Positions 1 to 14,166 are shown, numbered from the stretch's first letter. The stretch: DNA of 64,000 bases from Octopus vulgaris (GCA_951406725.2 OX597832.1:8866001-8930000), one strand, 5' to 3'. A program made the numbers and translations. Notes: a model not told the origin generated them from the letters alone.

Positions 1-646
1 TCTATCTATATCAATATTACCATGGTTATTGCGCAAGTAAACTTTACCATTATCATGTCTACCATAAGTTTTAATTCGTATATTATTATTAATATTACTA
101 CTATTACCCGTATGTTTAGATCTATTTGAGCTACCGTTCACCTTTCCAAGGTTAACGTCACTTCTACATTTATTATAGGTGTTATCATATATTCTATTTT
201 TACTATTCTTATGTATATTGTTGATTATCCTAAATCTATTTGTGTTGTTCCTGATAGTTCTACCTCCATTAAGGGGGTTCCCCTTAGGTATAAACCAAAT
301 CTTACTTTTATATCCTGCCTTAAGCAATGCTGCATTGTATCTATCACAGTGTTTGTTAAAAATTTCCTCGTTTGAGGATAAACTAGAAATTCTCTGACTA
401 ATGCTACGCACTAGTGCATTTTTAATTTGAGGGGGTGATTACTAGAACGGTTAATGTATATTAGGTTAGAATTAGGTTTAATATAGGGTTCATGTAAACC
501 ATTAGTAATGTTACAATTAACATCTAAATAATTAGCAGAATAATTTTCACTTTCAATGATAATGGATAGGCCGAAGCTTTTAAAAAATTTATTTATTCAT
601 TTTTTCAGAAGATCTAATCTCCTATTTGATGTATTCCTAACACAAA
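1..646 (-). mobile_element. Penelope-like element fragment (RT thumb region), running off the left edge; left arm of an inverted duplication
   Basis: The minus strand translates, with a frameshift, to ...NYLDVNCNITNGLHEPYIKPNSNLIYINRSSNHP..NALVRSISQRISSLSSNEEIFNKHCDRYNAALLKAGYK, the C-terminal part of a PLE RT. Bases 1-415 are the reverse complement of 647-1059. Confidence 0.88.
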
Positions 647-714
647 ACTAGTGCGTAGCATTAGTCAGAGAATTTCTAGTTTATCCTCAAACGAGGAAAT
701 TTTTAACAAACACT

Positions 715-2112
715 GTGATAGATACAATGCAGCATTGCTTAAGGCAGGATATAAAAGTAAGATTTGGTTTATACCTAAGGGGAACCCCTAATGGAGGTAG
801 AACTATCAGGAACAACACAAATAGATTTAGGATAATCAACAATATACATAAGAATAGTAAAAATAGAATATATGATAACACCTATAATAAATGTAGAAGT
901 GACGTTAACCTTGGAAAGGTGAACGGTAGCTCAAATAGATCTAAACATACGGGTAATAGTAGTAATATTAATAATAATATACGAATTAAAACTTATGGTA
1001 GACATGATAATGGTAAAGTTTACTTGCGCAATAACCATGGTAATATTGATATAGATAGATATAACAATGACAGTGGTAAGAATAGTAATCCTATGAGTTG
1101 GTCTACGAATAGGATTTTTACAAATAACATTAATTCTATAGGCAATCCTAATTCTGATAAGGATACTCTTTGGTTGATTATCCCATATGCAATGCAGATT
1201 AAAACAAACATAGTGAGAGCTTTGCATAATGTTATTTTTAGGCATTTTGGTAAGGATAGGAATAAATTTAGTCCTTTAATTAACAACGGTACTGTTAGAG
1301 TGGGATATAGCATTACTCATAATCTAGCCACCATTATCTCCTCTTTTAATAACAAGAAACTGGATCACTTCTATAAGGATAGAAAATTGAATTTAGACCA
1401 GGAAAACTTGCCCCTCTTCATTAATAATAGGAATAGAAACTTTCTTGGAACAAATGGGAACAACCTCCTTACTAATAATGAGTGCACCATACCTGTCAGA
1501 GATAATATAAATGTAATAGATCATACTACTACTACCAATACTAGTACTAGTGATAGGAATATAGCCGATAATGTGAAATTAACTCATTCGTTGATTTTGG
1601 GTTTGGATGATGATAACAATTGTAACACTTATAATGTGAATAGTAGTATAGGGGTGGTGTCCAATCTTAGATTTCCTCATTCTGTTAATCTTTGTAATTT
1701 CAGAAATAAAAATAAATGTGTATTTGGTAATCAATGCCTCAGGAAGGAGGTAGTTTACCAATGCACTGTAGATACACAATTGAGTAGTAGGGTGTATATC
1801 AGGGCAACTATGAATAGCATAAAACAAAGATGGAATTATCATAGATATACTTTTAGGAATAAAAATAGAATGTACTCTACAGGGCTAAGTGCATACATTT
1901 GGGAACTTAAAAGTAAGAACTTAGATTTTAGATTAAACTGGAAAATACTAACTTCAGCACCTGTGTATAATGGAAAAAATAAAAAATGCTCTCTATGTAT
2001 TAATGAAATTTTCTTCATTATTAAAGCGGGTCGGCTAATTATTAACAACATTAATGAAAAAAACTTCTTTTGTATTCATAGGCTACCGTTCACCTTTTCT
2101 AGATTCAAATAG
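715..2112 (+). pseudogene. PLE linker plus GIY-YIG endonuclease ORF (Naiad-like motif layout), with Asn-rich low-complexity inserts
   Basis: Motifs WLIIPY..IKTNI..RHF..NGTVRVGYS, CNFRNKNKC..NQC, VVY..VYIRAT (GIY-YIG with G to R), QRWNYH, STGLSAYIWELK, WKIL, KKCSLCINE and CIH. The first ~25 codons are out of frame: this arm reads GAACCCCTAATGG near 783-795 where the left arm reads GAACCCCCTTAATGG (2-nt deletion). Confidence 0.88.
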
Positions 2113-3814
2113 AACTTAGCACTTCCACTATTATTATTTTTTAATTCCCTTCTTTAACTAAATATACCTGTGGTCTTCTATAATTCTAAAGTATACAATT
2201 TATAAATTTTATAATTTTATAATTTTTATAGCTACATTTGTATAATAATTAATGGATGTGTCTAGTATTATTGGTTTCTTGTTTTTTGTATGTGGGTTTT
2301 TGTTTGTTTTTTAAGAGAAATGCAATATGACATAAAATAACATATTCATTTTGGTATTTGCCTTGTAATGTGTGATTTTTGAAGTTTTCCAATATTGCAT
2401 AGTATATTGCATAGTATATATGTATATCTTGGTTAGATACCTAGCTCTGGATAATGTAATGATATTGTATAATATGTAATATATGAGAGCCTTTTGTGAG
2501 TTTGGTGGGTTTAGGTTGAGATTATAGGTTTTTTGTATGTGTTTATTTGGAAGGTTTTTATTATATATTTGGTATTTTGTACTCACCTTAATTTGTATCT
2601 TATGCTATTCACTGATAAACCTTTTTCATTTTTTTCATTTTCTCATTTACATGCATTTTGCTTTATAATTATTACCAGCCTCATATATTTAGTTTATATC
2701 TATAGTCCTCTGGATCTGTACTTTAAACTATCCTTCCATACATATTTACTTTCAACAATATAACATATATATTCACTTTATTTATTTTTTATTTATTTTC
2801 CATTTTATTGTAATATTATCAATCTTTGCATCTAGTCTTCTATTTATTTATTTATTTGCCTATTTAAGTGTAGATGTTTACATATATATCAAGTCATCTA
2901 ATTTGTTACCTATTTATTTTTTACTTATTTACTTATACTGGGGTAGTTTTATACATACATATCTATCATTTATTTTTATTTAATTTTAATAATATATGAA
3001 TACATATATACTAGTTTGTACTTATAATTATGTGTATAACCGTATTTATTCCTTCGTATTTATTCCTTCTTATTTATTTTATCTCTTTTCATCTTAAGTC
3101 TTTATAATATAAAATTTATTTAAAATTTCTGTGATGTTCTCATAAGCGTTTACATTAATACTTCCCCTTCTATTCTTTAATGCCTAAACTGGTATATTAT
3201 AGCACTATATTTATTAAGTTAATAAGTGACTTATTTATAATATTTAAATTAATATATATTTTATATTTTATATTTTATAATTTAGCGTACTTAAAATCAT
3301 AACAAACTTACGATAAACCTAACAACCGTATGTTTACTCTGCAACAAACCGGTGTTATAAATTTTAAGTTACCCATGAAATAATTATCTGAATTAGTAAC
3401 ATACTGATATTTAAAAATATATTTATATCTAAATTAAATATTTTATGGAATGCATGGATGGTTCTTTTTTTGTTATTGAGGCACAGTTATAATTTTGAAG
3501 GACTAAATGTTAGCATAGTTGCTTCCCTTTTTGTTTATCTAAGTGCTAGTTGTTGCTTGTGATTATGTATGTGTATAAGTGTATGTATATACATATAACT
3601 ATGTGTGTATGTGCGATTGATCTGTAGATGCGTGTGTGAATATTGGCGTTCCCTGACTAACCAACCGTATAATTTTCTTTTGTGATTTAAATTTCAAACC
3701 AATAGCCAATCGAATTAATCTAAATGTTCTTTACCTAGTGGTCAGCATTTCTTAACTCATAGTTATTTCGATCTTGAAAGGATGGACTTGGTGCTAACTT
3801 AACTGTATCTATTT

Positions 3815-3820
3815 TTATTA

Positions 3821-3901
<81 letters not shown>
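3815..3901. repeat. (ATT)n microsatellite
   Basis: Direct reading. Confidence 0.97.
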
Positions 3902-3902
<1 letters not shown>

Positions 3903-4240
3903 AGTAATTTTTATTAACTTTTATAGCTTTAGAATTTTATGAACTGTACCACGGATTTAATTATTATTTTTCATCTCCATATGTGTTAGCCTTTTTTTAT
4001 AAAAAAAACTATTAGCCAAATATGTATAATATCGGTACTTATTAATATTAATATATACACTGTTATATATTTTGTTTTATTTTGTTCTGTTTACCTTCCT
4101 TTTTTGTACAAATGTGTATTATATTATATAAGTGTAGCATTATGATGTATAAGTTTTTATATTTTACATTTTTATATTTTTATATTTATATGTATATGAT
4201 TATATAATATTTTTCACTATTATAACAAATTTAATTTAAT

Positions 4241-4350
4241 TCTCTGAAGAGGCCGTGGGGCATCCTTGTTAATGCCTCATTTATACCTGCCTTTATGGCT
4301 TATAGGTTAAATGAGGTATGACTGTCCTCACTGCCGAAACAGCTGTCAGT
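4241..4350 (+). ncRNA. Type I hammerhead ribozyme with a long stem II hairpin
   Basis: CTGAAGA (4244-4250); stem II GGC.GTGGGG/CCTCAC.GCC with inner ATGCCTCATTTA/TAAATGAGGTAT; GAAA (4336-4339); palindromic stem III ACAGCTGT; GTC cleavage triplet. Stem I is weak. Confidence 0.8.
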
Positions 4351-4546
4351 TTTGATTTATTTGCATATTATATTTGAAAAAAATTTTTACTTATATCTCT
4401 TTATCTTTTTACTATTACTGTATACCTCATTTCATTTTATATATTGCCTTTACTCATATGTAATGGTGTATTAAAGTATGGATTGAGTATCATCGGATAG
4501 TTGATGTTTTACTGATTTAAGTATGTTTCTCCATTCTCTAATTTTG

Positions 4547-4610
<64 letters not shown>

Positions 4611-4611
4611 T

Positions 4612-4665
<54 letters not shown>

Positions 4666-6158
4666 CTATGTATTTTTTGTATATACACGTATACATAGTT
4701 ATATATGTGTGTGTGTATATATACATATACATATGCATATAGACATACACACACCTATATATCATATATATTTTTATATCTGTATGTATACCTGTACGTA
4801 TGTGCGTGTATGTATGTGTACACGTGCTTGCGCGTGCTTGTGTGGCGAATGTGTGCGCGAACTTGGCTAATCCTATACTTTTGCCGTATTCTGGAATTAT
4901 AAATCTCCAAATCTGCCGAAGCCAAAATAGACACATTAAGCTATTGTTTATACAAGAGCCCTGAGCGAAAATTTATAGCAAATAGCTTCAGCATGTTTAT
5001 CATTAAGATTCGATGATTAATATTAATGAACTGTAGGACAGAAGATATAAGCTTATAATAAAAACAAATCATAATGTGAAATTAATTTTGATGTTTTTAG
5101 CTAATTTTTTTTTTGCTAGTATTGTTTATGCTTAACTGCAGACATAAATATACTTGGAGTTTTTGTTTTTACTAAAGATATAAAGTAATCAACTTTTATA
5201 TATAAGGAATTTTAATGAAATCCAATTTATTTTTAGATAGCTTTTTTAGTTGATATGTAAGTCTGCGTGTGATGTGTGTGTGTGGAGGTGGTGTGAGAGA
5301 AACAGAGAGAAAGAGAAACGGAGAAAGATAGAGACAGAGAGAGAGACATACAGTACCAGATAGAGATAGAAATAGAAATATAGAGAAAGAAAGACAGAGT
5401 AAGTGAGAAATGAAAAGAGAGCGAGAGAGAGAGGGTAGGAACTCATAAAATGTAATCGGTATTAATGTATTAAATACTCTGCTTATTTCGTGCGATTGAC
5501 AAATGTTAATTTTGTGTGCATAAATACCAGTTACGCGAACAAACGCCATTAAACCAAGTCATCGGCATTTGTCAACAGTGTATAATTTGCGTGAAGTTTT
5601 GTGTAATATTAGAATATATATTTTGTGTGTTACACAGGCTACATAAACTTATGGCAACAACATATTTGCATGCATATCGCAACTTACGACCAAAGGATGC
5701 TAGCTTGGTCTTCGTTTCACACCTAATGAAGTGTCTTTAACCACGAAATACAGTAACTGGATGTAAAGGAATTGTTGCTTCTTCTTCCAAATCTTAGCTC
5801 TAACACAATTAGCAACTATTTTTTTATAGATGTTCGATATTTAGAATAAAAAGATTATCCAAACATTCATGCAGATACACATACAAAAATAAGCATATAC
5901 ATATATATATAAGTGCTTCATTTTCTGTATCCGTTTTGGAAGATTCCTCATGTGAATTCGTGTGTCGGAAAAATTTCTTGTGCTTGGAGAGAGTCATTGT
6001 GGTCTACTTTTAAGTTTACTGGTGATTTTTAATAGGATTAACACGCATCGATGACGTTACTCCTATGCATAAGGTTAAGCTCATTCACCTTGTCATACTA
6101 TAATGTATATATATATATAAATAAATAAATATATATATATATATATTTATATATATAA

Positions 6159-6187
<29 letters not shown>

Positions 6188-6194
<7 letters not shown>

Positions 6195-6724
6195 ATTATC
6201 CTCATATATATCGATATTATCCTCATATATAAATTTATATAATTCGTTATTATATTCACTGCGGTGCTTATTTTAACCATATCGTACTTATGCGGTGATT
6301 TGGCGAGCGATTCAGACTGGCTGTGTCCATACGTGCATATGTATGTATGTACGACGCTCATATATGTAAGTATATCGTTTGCTGTGCATATATATATCTG
6401 TATTGATGTACCCTTGATATATTCAATTGATGACGGTAAAGCTTATCTAAAGCAGAACCAGAAATCCTTGGATCTTGAATTATTCAATAATTTTTGCTTG
6501 TATGTTTTGTCCCTCCGCTTTACCTCATGGTGCGATATGAACATTTAACGTGGTACTATAGTCAGTGTTTCGACTGCTATTTCGGCATGTTGGTGTCTCT
6601 TAGACACCCTCATTTTTAATTGTTAAACAATTTTTTTACCTTTGTAAGGTATTTCTTTCATGCTGGCCACTTGATAATTTCGACACTTAAATATCGATAT
6701 TATCCTCATATATAAATTTATATA
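6188..6724 (+). mobile_element. Retrozyme-like non-autonomous element (about 483 bp unit) with terminal direct repeat and HHR, inserted in (TA)n
   Basis: ATATCGATATTATCCTCATATATAAATTTATATA occurs at 6208-6241 and 6691-6724. HHR at 6421-6480; TTTCGACTGCTATTTCGGCATG motif near 6568. Confidence 0.7.
6421..6480 (+). ncRNA. Type I hammerhead ribozyme (C3U core variant)
   Basis: Stem I ATTCAA/TTGAAT; core TTGATGA; stem II GGT..GCTT/AAGC..ACC; GAAA; stem III ATCC-TT-GGAT; ATC cleavage triplet. Confidence 0.78.
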
Positions 6725-6740
6725 TATATATATATATATA

Positions 6741-7044
6741 TTAACAAAGGGTAAAATTAATTAATTAAGAAGTAATCAATAATTTCACCAAGTAGAATTC
6801 GGCAAAGTTAAGTAATACTTAATAATTAGGGTTCAGCAAAGATTTGCTTTACCACATACCGAAGTTTAGAAATAGCAGCCAAAACAACCTTAGCTATTTC
6901 TTCTACTTTAAAAAGGGACTTCAAGTTTTTGGGTTTTTCTGGGAGTCCCTTTTTAAAGTAGAAGAAATAGCTAAGGTGTTTTGGCTTCTATTTCTAAACT
7001 TCAGTATGTGGTAAAGCAAATCTTTGCTGAACCGTAATTATTAA

Positions 7045-7048
<4 letters not shown>
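6741..7048. mobile_element. Foldback non-autonomous element in (TA)n (family A); arms 6815-6922 and 6942-7048
   Basis: The arms are near-perfect reverse complements containing GAAATAGCAGCCAAA and TTTGGCTTCTATTTC. Same family as 14221-14800 (shared AAAGGGTAAAATTAATTAATT terminus). Confidence 0.8.
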
Positions 7049-7097
<49 letters not shown>

Positions 7098-8089
7098 CAT
7101 ATATGCATACATACATTCATACGTATACATATACATATATACACATATATGTGTGCGTGTACGTGTATATGTACATGTGTATGTATCTATACATACGTTC
7201 TATGACTTTAATATTTACAGATATTTTCGTTTAGAAAGAATTTCATAAGTTGTCTTATTAAATTTGGAATTGCGGAGAAATCTAAAGCCATGGTGAATTA
7301 AGGAATAGAAGAAGACTAAACCCATCAAAGGACAGAGGAAGTTATGGAGAACAAAATCTGTGTACATATGTATATATATATTGCTTTTATATATCTTATT
7401 TATGCTCTCAAATCCCATTTTGAAAAAATGTTTATTTACATATATGTAAATTGGGCTCCTTAGCCTTCGTGAATGCAAACCATCTAGAAGGAAAACTTTG
7501 ATATATAACCAGGTTTGTAGTTGCTGCCAGTTACCTTAGTTGATGCGCACTATCAGCATTTTCTTACTCATAGGGCAGTCTGGGTTCTGTAGCGACTGAG
7601 CGACTAGATACATAGAACATTGGGTACCAGTACAAGTAAATGCATTTTTTGATGGAGCGAATATGCATTGTGCTGCACAGGTAATGAAGACTATGAAGGA
7701 GACCAGGTGCAAGGAGTTCAATGAAATGCTCTGAGCAAATAACACCGTCAGGTTTTTGAGGTGTACCCCGCACCACCACCAAAACATAGCTATGACGATG
7801 AAGGGATGGCGAGGAGAACCGCTGAAGGATGTCACTGGAAGGTATTAGCTTGAAATTTGCATATTGATGGTGAGAGGCAGATGACCGATTTGCATAACAT
7901 CTGTACAATTCCTGTCCATTTACAACAAAGTAAACCATATTTAGGATTGCACTGCTTTCATCCTATGGAGAGCGGGATCAAGAAAATGTGGCCTAAAATT
8001 GCTTACTCACATTGCCCCTTGTCATTAAATGCAAATGACTGTGTAACCAGACCTGCAAATCGAAAATAAAACAAAATAAAAAAAATATA

Positions 8090-8950
8090 TATATTTTCAT
8101 TGCATGTTGGTATGTGAGAACTTTTCGGTACAGCAAGAAAATCATAGAACTCAGGACCGCTTTCGTTGCCAATATCCTGAAGGCAAAAATGCATTGGAAA
8201 AGCAGCTCTTTCAGAAACCAGATTAGCGGATTGTGGCCAGCTACAGAAACTTGATGGTGGATACACTTATTTATGGATGGTTAAGCGGTAGAAATTAAAG
8301 ACAAAATTACATTTTAGGTTTGGTATTCGAAATGTTTGGTATTCTTGAATGTTGGCCTGTTGACATTAGTGAAAACCAATGTCATTGCGTATCTGTATCA
8401 GCAAAACTAAAAGTGCAACTATTTTCAGCTACTAAGCTCCAGCCATGAACTCAAAAGAAGTGTTCAGTGATGGTGATTTCAATGCACGAGTATGTTGTGA
8501 TACATCCATAAGGTGTGACGCAATAGAGAAACATGAGTTTAACCAGGCAAACTAATAAAGATATCAGCTGCTATCACTTTGCTGTAACAATGGAGTTTTG
8601 ATTCCCAATACTATTTTCCAAATCCACGACCAGCACGAAACTACCTGGAGACTTCCTCGATGAAGCCAATATCTCCTTATTGATTGCATAATCATGAAGT
8701 CGTCCATGAGGAAAGATGTCCTAGTAAAACGTTCTTTCTCTCTTGGTAGTATTGGTCTGACCATAGACTGATACGATTAAAGGGGAATTTTACTATCCGC
8801 TCTCCTATTCATAACAATCGCACTCGAACAATGTGATAAGTGGATGTAACAAAGATGAGGAACAGTGAAATTTTGATCACAATTCAAAGAACCTGTGACA
8901 ACAAGCTTGCTGTCATCTCAGACAACGCATACACATGTTGAGAGAGAAGA
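8090..8950 (+). pseudogene. Decayed RTE-clade LINE apurinic endonuclease region; 7480-8090 may be its 5' UTR
   Basis: Fragmentary translation IACWYVRT..RTAFVA..AALSETRLADCGQL..GGYTYLW, GDFNARV, LLSLCCNNGVLIPNTIFQ, TTWRLPR..LIDCII and SDHRLI matches RTE APE motifs; many stops and frameshifts. Confidence 0.82.
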
Positions 8951-11900
8951 AAGACACACAGTACCGGATATGAATTGTTATTAGCATGGACTATTATTGG
9001 TATAATATCCCGTATAGATGTGAACAATCACAGAGATTTATTTAACCCTCATAAGTTTGTTAAGGCAAATATCCAATATGTGCCAGGTGGTGTGTGGCCC
9101 TGCGGTCGAAACACTTCAAAAGTTAATTGATTTTCACAGTCCAATTGTGAATACTTTGCTGTATAAGAAGTGCCGCATGTCACTCTCGCGCGTTGCTTAT
9201 CACATGATCTGGCTTGTTCGATGATATTGTAGGAAACAGTGGCTTCCTTTTACTGGCACTCTCTCGTTTCTGTACAGTGATAAAAGTGGGTAAGAGTTCC
9301 AAATAGAAGAAGCACAGCTCTCGCTGCCAGATATTGAATAATTAAAACGATAAATAAAGTGACTGAAAATGATGAACGAAACGAATCTTAGAGCAGTGAA
9401 ATCATGTTATACTTAAACTTTTGGGAAATTGTGTGACATATATAACTGTGTCATGAGGCGATCTTAAAACGCTAGCGGTCAATATAGACCCCAAAATGTT
9501 ATTATATTAGTGCAAAACCAATTATTATATCTTATATCAGCAACATCGCAATTTTATGACAGACAACAACGAAAGCATCGAGATATCATACAATATACTG
9601 GAACAAGACATATTTAATATTATTCATAGGAAATGGTAAACTCATGTAAGTTTAGCTCTTTTACTTTGTTATATAGTTATGGAGACAAAATAAGGCACAT
9701 GCTGTACTAGTAAGGAGACAAAACTCATGTCCATAGGTATCCTCTTGTCTCTAGTCAAGCATTTTCTCTTCTCATTAATGATATGTTAATTTTTGAAAAT
9801 TGTCTTTTCTGTGAGTTATATCCTCTCCTCATTTACAGCTGGTCTCAGTTACCGCCAAGCGATTATTCTGCTTTCTATGAAAGCGGAGATATTTATTTTT
9901 GTTACGATATCATATATCTATAAAAACATTTGCAGTCATATTCCTCCTTTTTTATGCATTGAAATTTACATTATCACTAAAGGCGGAAAAAGTTTCAGTA
10001 AATCAAATATTTATCTCGTATGGTATTTCAGTTTGCCTTAGTCGCTGTCGTTGCCACTTGCCAAGTTGTATTATTTATCTTAGGTCAAATTCGTTTCTTT
10101 GAAATAATCCTATCATACTAAAGATACATTCTTGAAAATTATTCGTCTGCTCTATGTTGTAGGTTCTTGCTTTTCATACGGCAAATATCCACTTGTGCTG
10201 ACCATATATATGCGTATGTATGTGTACATACACTTGTCTGTGTGTGTGTGTGCGTGTATAAACACGCACGCGCACACAATCACACACACACTCACACATA
10301 CACACACACACTCACACATACACACACACTCACACATACACACACAGCCGTATCTCTGTAGTTGTGTATGTAAAGTTATTCTCTTCGGTAAGAAGAGGAA
10401 GACCAATAAAGGTAAAAGTTATACTGTTGGAGTTAAACTACATTTTAATCATGCAAACGTTTGCTTCTGGTATCTAGTAACGACAAGTGATGTGACCACA
10501 AGTTCAAGAGCTATCACTATGCGTATGAAGGACACGTAAGTTCGTAAGCTCAAAATTAAAGAAGCCAGAGAAATGTTGAGGCCTATAAGACTTATACTGA
10601 CAGTCAAACAGTTGTAGTGAATCCATTTTACTGATCAGTTCCAGTCTGAGGAGGTCAGAGAGCAATTTTGACAAATCAACAAATGTATTAATTATATGGA
10701 GTGCACATATCTGTGCCAACCATGATTTGGTTGTAAACGTCAACCAACATCTGATATGAGGGAGAGAGAGTGAGACAGAGAGAGGGAGATTTTCGGGAAA
10801 TCAAGCTTTGAGCAAATATCTTATCCAGTTTATGAATGTTTGATTTAAATTTCAAAGGAAAGACAACAAATCATTCATTTATTTATCGGAGGCTGGTGAC
10901 AATACAAATTTTAAAATATAATCTCAATAATGCAGTTTACATTCACTAAACGTGAACATTCGCCCCCACTGGACGTCCTCAAGCCATATAAATGATCAGT
11001 GTCACCATCTCTCTATCTTTCCTCTGGCGTCTAAAAGTACGACATATATCTGACCGAAAGATATCAGGTGATTCGATATGGATTCAAGCTTCTACATTTG
11101 CGAGATCGTTGCCGTTACATACAGACAGATCCTACATGACATGCAATTAGTGCCAAACTACTGATTGACTTGAAATCTCTCAACATTTCTACATAGGTTT
11201 CAAACCCCAAATGTGCTATTGTCTCATCACATATCTTGAAAATTTTCGCACCAGTCAAAAAGTTGAACTCGTTCCTTCTACTTTGATCTTTGCGTCTCAC
11301 GCTACTCTCATCCTTTCATGAGTATCTTCTGAGTTCCATTGGACTATGCGTTACGACCAGTCATATCTAGGTCTGTAGAAATTTCCTCCCTGATCATAAT
11401 TTACAGTAGCAATGTATTTGAAATTGTTGAAGATAGACATAAAAAAAGAGTCTATCTTGTGGATATATGTTTGTCTTACTACGAGTCAAATAAAGGAAAA
11501 GCACACTGGAATTTCCTAACAAATCATGTCGTATATCATATTTAGCGCCGTCAGCTTCTGTGTGAATGTAGACTAGTAAGGTATGGAGAAAATCCTTTTC
11601 ATGTCAAACGTGGTAATAAAAAAATGCATTTCTGTAAAAGTCAACCAATATCTGTTCTTGTAAATATAAAACAGGTGGTATATGTAAAATCAATTTTGGG
11701 TTGATATCTAATCCTGCTTCTTCTTCAGAAACAAAGCATAAAACGCTTCTTCTTTATTGAATCCTGGCAATACAACGTGATATCACCCATCTCAAAACGT
11801 CTCAACACTTTGTTGAGTGCCCTAATAAAAATATTATGCAATCATTTGTAATATGTATGCAAGCTACTCACCTTAGTATACGATTTTAATACATAAAACG

Positions 11901-12542
11901 AGATCGCAGAAATTATAGAATTACTTTGAATTTCGTCACCAATAATTTTTTTCACTAAAATCCTATATATTCTATTTCATTCTACACTGTAGCGTCTATA
12001 CGTCAAAGGCAAGTCAAATTGTCTATTAATCTGATGGTGACATAGAGAGAGTGTTATTCTGTATCCGTCAATTATATTTCATTTACAAGGTCTAAGATCT
12101 ATATATGGTCCTATGACGCGTACAGAATGACTCCCAACCGCATGTAGATATTAGATTTTAAACTCACTTGCACATAGGATGGGCTATCATGATTATAACA
12201 AGAATAGTCACTCAGCTAATATAATATCAATTATTATGGCTGTGTTTCACTTGTGTCTAACAACCTTAGGATTGAAGAGTGTTATTCTCCGTCTAAATAT
12301 GTTCTTCAGAAACATTGTTTTGACTCAGACCCTGATTTTATTTGACTATGGTTTGATGCCTTCTGCATATTGATATGTTACAAGTATGTTTCTCTTAGTT
12401 TGGGATTGGTGTCTATGCCCAAATTCTTGAACACCTGTAAACCTCATATAAATTAGACACATTCACAGAGAGACAGACATATACATTCACACACACTCAC
12501 ACGCACAAATATAGCTACACATAACATACATAGGTATACATA

Positions 12543-12705
12543 GGTGCAGGAGAGGCTGTGTGGTAAGTAGCTTGCTTACCAACCACATGGCTCCGGGTTC
12601 AGTCTTACTGCGAGGTACCTTAGGCAAGTGTCTTCTACTATAAGCCTCAGGCCGACGAAAGCCTTGTGAGTGGATTTGGTAGACGGAAACCGAAAGAAGC
12701 CCGCC

Positions 12706-12755
<50 letters not shown>

Positions 12756-12986
12756 ATGTATGTGCGTGTATATGTGTATGTATCAGTGTTTGTACCCTGA
12801 ACATCGCTTGACAACCGATGCTGGTGTGTTTATGTCCCTTTAATTTAGCGGTTCGGTAAAAGCGACTGGCAGAATAAGTACTGGGCTTGCATAGAGTAAG
12901 CCCTGGGGTCGATTTGTTCGACTAAAGGCGGTGCTCCAGCATGACCGCAGTCAAATGACTGAAACAAATAGAAGAATAAAAGAATA
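12543..12986 (+). mobile_element. tRNA-derived SINE family 1, full length, with internal TA/TG microsatellite
   Basis: A-box-like GGCTGTGTGG, B-box-like GGTTCAGTC, tail GGCGGTGCTCCAGCATGACCGCAGTCAAATGACTGAAAC. Closely similar to the 23826 copy. Confidence 0.9.
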
Positions 12987-13212
12987 TGTATATACATGCA
13001 TACATACACTCACATATCTATTGATATTTCACACGTCGTGTAAAATGGCCACAGAGGAACGAGATATTGTTTGGTACCTCGGTTGATGGCAATATATATT
13101 TTAGGAATCATTCTATTGTTGTCTAGAAGCTCATAAATATTGTACAGGGAATATATTGCATTTTCATTTCACCAGATAAACATGGGCTTTATTGTGCACA
13201 AAACTGGGAAGC

Positions 13213-13363
<151 letters not shown>

Positions 13364-14166
13364 ATTCTCACATATTCTAGAATTTCTCCAAACAGAAACA
13401 TCCTGATCTGCACACAGTGGACAAAATTTAAACCAATCAATAATCAATTTAACTGGTTTCTTCTTGATTGGATATTTAGATTTGAAGAAAGAGAGAAAGA
13501 TATATAGGGTAAAAAAGCAATTAAATAAATTGAAGTAAAATATTAGAAGTAAACAGTAGCAAACACTTTATTTTCTGAGCATTTAAATTTCATTAATTTT
13601 TTAGCGGTTTTAGATTACTTTGAATTAAAATCTTAATAGAACTTTTAATGAGATTGAATTATATTCACTAATCTGACACTCGCTTGCCTGCTAATTACAA
13701 CGCCAATGGACCAATGAAATGCTTAACTGATCAAATTCTGCCTTTAAAGACCCAATCAACAACAACGGCAAAAGAAAAAAAATGAAAGAACATAAGTGTG
13801 CTGAAATTGCAACGAAATGTTGACTATTTGAATGGAACACAGACAATTTCTTTGAAGGAATAATGATAATAAAGAAAACAAATGAACAACAGCAATAGAG
13901 AAATGAACAAGACCACAATGTTCCATTATAATCACTAAATATTTAATGTCGGTTCTAAAAGCTGAATCATAAGTGAATACAGAAAAATTCTATCTGAAAT
14001 GGAGAAAGTAAATATTTTTGAGAAATTTTGCAGCATGTAGCCTGCCCTAATAATTACTAAATATGAAAATAACTAAGCTTCCTTAACTTGCGTGCAGATG
14101 TCCATGCACAGATATATGGATAGATGCATGCATGTTAATGCGTGTATCTATATATGGGTTTGTAAG

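Larger units (their letters stand above)
647..4550 (+). mobile_element. 5'-truncated Penelope-like retroelement: end of RT, GIY-YIG endonuclease, about 2.4 kb AT-rich 3' region with hammerhead, ending in (TA)n
   Basis: Coding region to 2112, HHR at 4244-4347, (TA)n tract from about 4550. That 2113-4550 all belongs to this element is inferred. Confidence 0.8.

Noticed and set aside
179-881. Twin hydrophobic ORFs MLSYILFLLFLC.. (179-397 plus, 687-881 minus)
   Set aside because: They are antisense readings of the two inverted PLE arms, not membrane proteins.
715-2112. Possible selenocysteine-recoded PLE, as known for some Naiad elements
   Set aside because: There is no in-frame TGA in the visible ORF and I could not identify a SECIS by eye.
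6860-6885. GTTTAGAAATAGCAG resembles the Cas9 sgRNA scaffold, or might suggest a Fanzor/OMEGA RNA
   Set aside because: The match is short, there is no RuvC/Cas ORF or repeat-spacer array, and the motif is explained as the antisense of a repeat-family motif.
7480-8090. GC-richer ORFs of 70-124 aa
   Set aside because: No recognisable motif; adjacent to the RTE endonuclease remnant and probably its 5' region.
10960-11880. Coding-looking stretch, including ORF 11115-11300
   Set aside because: All frames are interrupted and I could not assign a family; possibly an old transposon.
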